Below, one piece after another: positions 58,474 through 62,653 of a stretch of 62,653 nucleotides of DNA. Position numbers and translations under genes: made by a program. Numbering within the stretch: position 1 is the stretch's first letter; every line of letters starts with the position of its first letter. Below the pieces are notes generated by a model that saw only the letters and a list, made by a program, of their open reading frames with translations, ran no database searches and was not told the origin of the DNA. The DNA is from Candidatus Uhrbacteria bacterium (GTDB lineage: Bacteria > Patescibacteriota > Patescibacteriia > UBA9934 > UBA11717): the NCBI GenBank assembly GCA_018701105.1, contig JABIWD010000051.1:1-62653 (forward strand), in the 5' to 3' direction.

Positions 58474-58544
58474 TTGTCAATACTATTAATACAAAAACGA
58501 TCAACATAATCGTTGATCGTCCTGTGCACTTTTCTCAGCAAGAC

Positions 58545-58730
58545 TTACACTGCGTCAAACCGGGCCTTGTTCTCTGCCATCCATTTCCCTTTCTCCTCTT
58601 CACCCTTAGAAGGGTCTTTCATAACATCCGCATGAGCATCCATGTAATGAGGCATGAGTGCCTTCATCCAGTCTTCAAAAGTCTCGCCATCCGCAGTCGC
58701 GTCGCACAAGTCGCATTTAAGTGTTTTCAT
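58545..58730 (-). CDS. DUF1059-like small protein, 61 aa
   Basis: MKTLKCDLCDATADGETFEDWMKALMPHYMDAH resembles the DUF1059 Cys/His pattern. It is followed by the terminator ACGATCAAC...GTTGATCGT and TTTTG (58493-58520). Confidence 0.45.
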   Translation of the reverse strand: MKTLKCDLCDATADGETFEDWMKALMPHYMDAHADVMKDPSKGEEEKGKWMAENKARFDAV

Positions 58731-58762
58731 AGTTCAGTGTGATTTCTTATGTCTTTGCTGTA

Positions 58763-58918
58763 TCAAGCCGTCACGCCCTTGTCATTCTTATCTCTGAGGC
58801 CCTTTTTGAAACTGTTCATTCCGAAATAGATAATAACCGATATCAACATTACACCCAATGTCTCTACACTAAAGAAGGTACTCACAATGGTGCCGAAACT
58901 ATTCTCATGAAGGAACAT
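58763..58918 (-). CDS. Possible small membrane protein, 51 aa
   Basis: Hand translation gives MFLHENSFGTIVSTFFSVETLGVMLISVIIYFGMNSFKKGLRDKNDKGVTA. Confidence 0.25.
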   Translation of the reverse strand: MFLHENSFGTIVSTFFSVETLGVMLISVIIYFGMNSFKKGLRDKNDKGVTA

Positions 58919-59010
58919 TGAGTCCCGGAATACTATTATGTGTGGGTGTATGTTTTATGTTGTCAAAAAACTGGGCTTGACTGCAGAGTTGATCTTCTTG
59001 TTATTGATCA

Positions 59011-61164
59011 CTAGGTGGATGCTTGAAGCTGAACCAATACACTTGCGTCCAAAGCAACTTGCGCAGACAACGACTCCACTGTCTCACCATCGCTTGAATA
59101 CATCGTCTCCAGTTTCTTTGCTAACATCTTTGGACTCACACGACCCACGTCCAAAGGTATACCAAAGAATTCACCAACAAGAGCTGCCCAGTGATCGTCT
59201 TTCATAATCAATTTTGATGCAGTTAGAAAATCACGTTCATTCATCGCTACCGAAACCTCCGTATTTGCTATCTGCACAGGATTTATCACACTAGTCTCTA
59301 ATTCAGTGAGGCGCCCATCAATAAGATCCTTTGATGACTTCGTGAAGTCGCTAAAAGCGTTATCGTTCATTTTATGCTCAAACATCTGATACCAGATCTT
59401 TCCGTCATGTGCAGACAACAATTCCATGACGGATTCAGGGAGCTCTAGCTTCAGCTTTACAACCTCTACCTTTTGCAAGGTATCGGTCTCCTCATCCGTA
59501 ACCTGCGCCTCCTCTACACCCTGTATTGATGTTGAACCCATATCCTTTAATTCGTCATTCGCAGAAAATGAGTTTGAACGCATTAACGCAATGACCTGCG
59601 CATTTTCACCATCTCCCATAACTCGAATATGCTCAATCGCCCTCTCAAATGCCTTCATTGCTCTATCTCTGTAGGGCTTGCCATCCGTTGCCTGTGGATG
59701 AAATTCCAAAGCGTCTATAAAGATCACTTTTGTATCACCGCGCATTGCAATAGTCATCCCAATCTTCCCCATAAACTTCCCACCTTCTTTCATCATCATC
59801 AGCTGATAGGCTGGGTTCACGTACCAAGACAGTGAGTTTTCATAGTTGATTGACCCTTGCGCTGTACAGTCCCCTGTTTTGTTGCCAAGACGCAAGTCGG
59901 ACTTCTCCCGCTTCATGTACCTCAACTCAACTCCGTCCTGTTCTCCCAGAAGATCAGAAAGACCTCCCCAAGCTTCACTCTCCCTAAACTTCTGGTTTTG
60001 CTTTGCCAATGCCTTCACGGCATCAATAACCTCATCCGCGTAATAAGAAAAGTGATCCTCATTTGGTTTAACTGCACCAATGTGCTTGACGAACAGTTTA
60101 CGAAGTTGACTAATTTGCTTTCCTTCCAAGACGCTCTTTGCACCTGATACTATCTGTCTTGCCACATCTGGAGAGTGGACCGAGATCCACGCCTGCTTAT
60201 TTTCTAGCGGTAGTACATCCATCGAACCTTCAAAAATGTCCTTCTTTGCCATTGGCGTTTCTAATATCCCTTCCACAACAAGCTCCAGTGGTTTTCTAAC
60301 TCTCTTCTCTCTTCTGTCAGCCACGGTTAGCGCAAAGCCCTCAATCAATTGAGCGCCTACGCGTTCAATGTCCTCATGATCCACATATCTCGCGGCATAC
60401 GCCTCCGTAATCATCTGTTTCACTTCTCGTTCTGAGATTTTAATGCCAGGTCTTACAGAGTCCAAGACCGCACTCGAACGCTGCGCATTCATCGCTCCGT
60501 CAATCAAAATAGGTAACAATAGTTTCTGCTGTGCAACGGACATTTTCTCGAAGATCATGGCAACAACTCCAGCGTAAAGATACTCGCCATGAATATCCTT
60601 TGAAGCACTGAACGCCTCAAGTTCATCGAGTATATTTTCCCGCCTTAGCACAATTGACATATAACTTGCGGGCAAGCATTGCAAAACGCTAAACATCTCG
60701 TCATATGGCATCTGTGTCACCTTCTCAGCCATCGCCACTTGAGCATCCGCATCGCTATCGATATATTCACACAAATCTAGGACCGGCTCCGACCAAACTT
60801 CGTCATGTATGGCCATAACATTAATGAACTCATCTAAATGCTCAAATATATCACCTGGACTCAGAGCACCTTGCTTCGCTGACCGTGCGATTGCTGACAA
60901 TATATCGTCACAATACTCAGCAACAACGTTGATACCTGATGCATAGTCCAGCATCATCGAAACAGCTTCGAACTTTCGATCTTCAATGAACGCAAGGACC
61001 TTACCGTTAAACTCGCCCTCCTCCTCTTCTTCTTCTGTCAGGCTATAATGACCCAGAACCTCATTTATCTGCATCTTTAGGGCCTCATCAACCTTAGTTT
61101 CCTTTGCCTCTGGCGCCCCTGGATCAGGAAGGCCGGGGCTTCTATGTACTTCGCCTTTTCTCAT
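59011..61164 (-). CDS. Large orphan protein, 717 aa
   Basis: Long ORF starting 10 nt after the upstream gene's stop. No known motif. Contains LGNKTGDCTAQGS. Confidence 0.7.
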   Translation of the reverse strand: MRKGEVHRSPGLPDPGAPEAKETKVDEALKMQINEVLGHYSLTEEEEEEGEFNGKVLAFIEDRKFEAVSMMLDYASGINVVAEYCDDILSAIARSAKQGALSPGDIFEHLDEFINVMAIHDEVWSEPVLDLCEYIDSDADAQVAMAEKVTQMPYDEMFSVLQCLPASYMSIVLRRENILDELEAFSASKDIHGEYLYAGVVAMIFEKMSVAQQKLLLPILIDGAMNAQRSSAVLDSVRPGIKISEREVKQMITEAYAARYVDHEDIERVGAQLIEGFALTVADRREKRVRKPLELVVEGILETPMAKKDIFEGSMDVLPLENKQAWISVHSPDVARQIVSGAKSVLEGKQISQLRKLFVKHIGAVKPNEDHFSYYADEVIDAVKALAKQNQKFRESEAWGGLSDLLGEQDGVELRYMKREKSDLRLGNKTGDCTAQGSINYENSLSWYVNPAYQLMMMKEGGKFMGKIGMTIAMRGDTKVIFIDALEFHPQATDGKPYRDRAMKAFERAIEHIRVMGDGENAQVIALMRSNSFSANDELKDMGSTSIQGVEEAQVTDEETDTLQKVEVVKLKLELPESVMELLSAHDGKIWYQMFEHKMNDNAFSDFTKSSKDLIDGRLTELETSVINPVQIANTEVSVAMNERDFLTASKLIMKDDHWAALVGEFFGIPLDVGRVSPKMLAKKLETMYSSDGETVESLSAQVALDASVLVQLQAST

Positions 61165-61173
61165 ACAAGATTA

Positions 61174-61938
61174 TTATGTCCGGTTATTTTTTGTTACTTG
61201 CCCATTCGGAGACTCCGTTCCTGATTGTAAACCAGCGTCCCAACGTTGCGATACGCGAGCAACAGCCGGCACGACATCTCGAAGCCTTGAACGCGCACGA
61301 GACGCACCGTCAACGATGCCGCCTGCAGCCCTTGGCGAAATCACGCGATCCTTTCCCATGTTCTGCCCCCAGGAACCCATCCTGCTCAACACAGTGTCCA
61401 TGCTCGACATCACCTGCTCCGTCTTGCGCTCGAGCGCCTTTATGCTGCGAGACATGGTTTTCGCCTTTGATAGCATTTCGGGAGTAATTTCCTCCGCACC
61501 GCCGATCTCAGAGGCTAACTGAGCAATCTGTTCGGCGCCCTCCTTCATCATCTTATTCAAACTCCTGAAGTCGCCATATCCCTGCTCTAAAGTTTTATAC
61601 ATACCCGAACGACCCAGTCCGCCCTGAGCAAGAATATTAGATAGATCCCTGATGCCATTACCTGCAGTCACCAACTTCGACGGTTCAGTAGATGTTCCCG
61701 CAAGTTCGCCGGCAAAAGAAGATGCGCTCCTAAAACTATCTAGCATATTCCGTAGCCGTACTTTTTCCGCAGAATCCTCCCGAGAATCAACAGCATCTTC
61801 TACCGGAGCAGGAGCACCCTCAACACCCTCTTCACCTCTGGATGCGTCGTACCGCCAACAGATCAGCCTCGGCCTCTGCTTTGGCACGCTCAGATTCCTC
61901 CTCCTCACGTTCCGCCTCCGTTTCTCTGCTCTCAACAT
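61174..61938 (-). CDS. Orphan protein. It is either the downstream frame of a frameshifted ~300-aa gene or a separate gene overlapping the 78-aa ORF.
   Basis: The protein-like sequence begins around DASRGEEGVEGAP. The first ~30 residues (RRRNVRRRN) look like an out-of-frame reading of the Glu-rich upstream ORF. Confidence 0.5.
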   Translation of the reverse strand: MLRAEKRRRNVRRRNLSVPKQRPRLICWRYDASRGEEGVEGAPAPVEDAVDSREDSAEKVRLRNMLDSFRSASSFAGELAGTSTEPSKLVTAGNGIRDLSNILAQGGLGRSGMYKTLEQGYGDFRSLNKMMKEGAEQIAQLASEIGGAEEITPEMLSKAKTMSRSIKALERKTEQVMSSMDTVLSRMGSWGQNMGKDRVISPRAAGGIVDGASRARSRLRDVVPAVARVSQRWDAGLQSGTESPNGQVTKNNRT

Positions 61939-62068
61939 TCACTTCTTCAGAATCCTCCTCCTCGTCACCCAAGATATCAAGCAGCCGTTCTTGCTCTAGA
62001 TCCTCGGCAGACGCCTCAGCTCTCGCAATCCCCATAGCCCCCTCCGGTACGTATCTTTCGCCTGTCAT
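61832..62068 (-). CDS. Highly acidic 78-aa ORF (possible N-terminal part of the gene above)
   Basis: The Glu/Asp-rich ORF overlaps 61174-61938 by 107 nt, in a frame offset by 1 nt. Confidence 0.4.
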   Translation of the reverse strand: MTGERYVPEGAMGIARAEASAEDLEQERLLDILGDEEEDSEEVNVESRETEAEREEEESERAKAEAEADLLAVRRIQR

Positions 62069-62201
62069 AGAGAAGTGGGATAATTATTACTATATTATGT
62101 CGTATTTGCTACATCATACCAATAAGCACGCTCAGCGACAAAGAAAAACAACCGCTTTCGCGGCCGCGGTCCCTGGCTCTCAGTACTAGACGAACTCAGA
62201 A

Positions 62202-62653
62202 CTATGCATCGTTCATCAATTCATTCAATTTTTCTTTTGCGTGGGTGGCTGCATCGAGGTTCCTACTATCCGAAGAATAAAAGGACAGATTGTATAGATA
62301 AGCAATAGCTATAAAAACGCGTTCAATTTCTATTATCTCTTTTTCTGAATATTCAGTTACACCATATCCCTTTAGAAAAGATTTTCTGATTTCCAAAGTG
62401 ACCTCTTCTACTTGCTCCGTTTCGCTGAACTGTCCGGCGCTCAAAATAATGGGCACCAAATCCTCAAGCCATACTCCCCTCCTGGCATAATCCCAGTCGA
62501 TCATGAACAAATCACCTTCCTCAGAGAGTATCTGATTCGTTGGACCACAATCACCGTGAACTAATACAGGGCCAAAGCGATTCTCATATTTCAGCAATAC
62601 TTCTTTTACTATTATACTTATTTTATCTGACAATTCCGCTGTTAAATTTCCAG
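62202..62653 (-). CDS. Aminoglycoside/choline-kinase-type phosphotransferase (APH fold), C-terminal part; open to the window end
   Basis: LVHGDCGPTNQIL (Brenner HxDxxxxN) and FMIDWDYARRG (DxD). The frame stays open upstream of the listed TTG at 62633. Confidence 0.75.
   Translation of the reverse strand, partial: GNLTAELSDKISIIVKEVLLKYENRFGPVLVHGDCGPTNQILSEEGDLFMIDWDYARRGVWLEDLVPIILSAGQFSETEQVEEVTLEIRKSFLKGYGVTEYSEKEIIEIERVFIAIAYLYNLSFYSSDSRNLDAATHAKEKLNELMNDA

Noticed and set aside
58474-58492. TTGACA immediately upstream of the 139-aa ORF ATG as its promoter
   Set aside because: The hexamer ends only 1 nt before the ATG, so it cannot serve as a -35 box for that start. The true promoter and start of this gene remain unresolved.

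Overview
This is a compact bacterial chromosome segment with about 73 CDS. I recognised no rRNA, tRNA, CRISPR array, transposase or integrase. Roughly 90% of genes are on the minus strand.

Backbone genes: a partial UvrD-type helicase, family-4 UDG, and a complete F1Fo ATP synthase operon (atpI-like, then B, E, F, H, A, G, D, C). Also TatD, CvpA, MetRS, RsmI, a 2-Cys peroxiredoxin, leucyl aminopeptidase and a pseudouridine synthase. Further backbone genes are a VKOR + DsbA + DoxX group, an RNA m5U methyltransferase, two ABC-F ATPases, a membrane-fused spermidine-synthase-like protein, UppS and a GIY-YIG protein.

Accessory content: a type IV pilus-like operon (N-terminally short PilC plus four prepilin-like genes) and a DUF5671 protein. 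There is also a surface protein of about 2,350 aa with LTD, SbsA-Ig, CarboxypepD_reg and Fn3-like segments, plus many orphan membrane proteins and lipoproteins. The gene content and the SD-less, near-leaderless starts suggest a CPR/Patescibacteria (Saccharibacteria-like) episymbiont. That assignment is inference only.

The most unusual signal is eight visibly GC-rich ORFs at six loci. Most carry their own TTGACA-type promoter, strong Shine-Dalgarno and private hairpin terminator, and most lie antisense to the backbone gene flow. One of them is a GC-rich paralog sitting next to a low-GC CxDxR/HxxCG (beta-carbonic-anhydrase-like) gene.

Other observations:
- a gene bracketed by a duplicated copy of the atp-operon terminator;
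- a promoter- and terminator-bounded candidate sRNA of about 180 nt;
- an orphan operon (717-aa protein plus an upstream frameshifted or overlapping acidic gene);
- a pilus plus giant-adhesin locus.

All functional calls come from motif recognition by eye. No database search was run.
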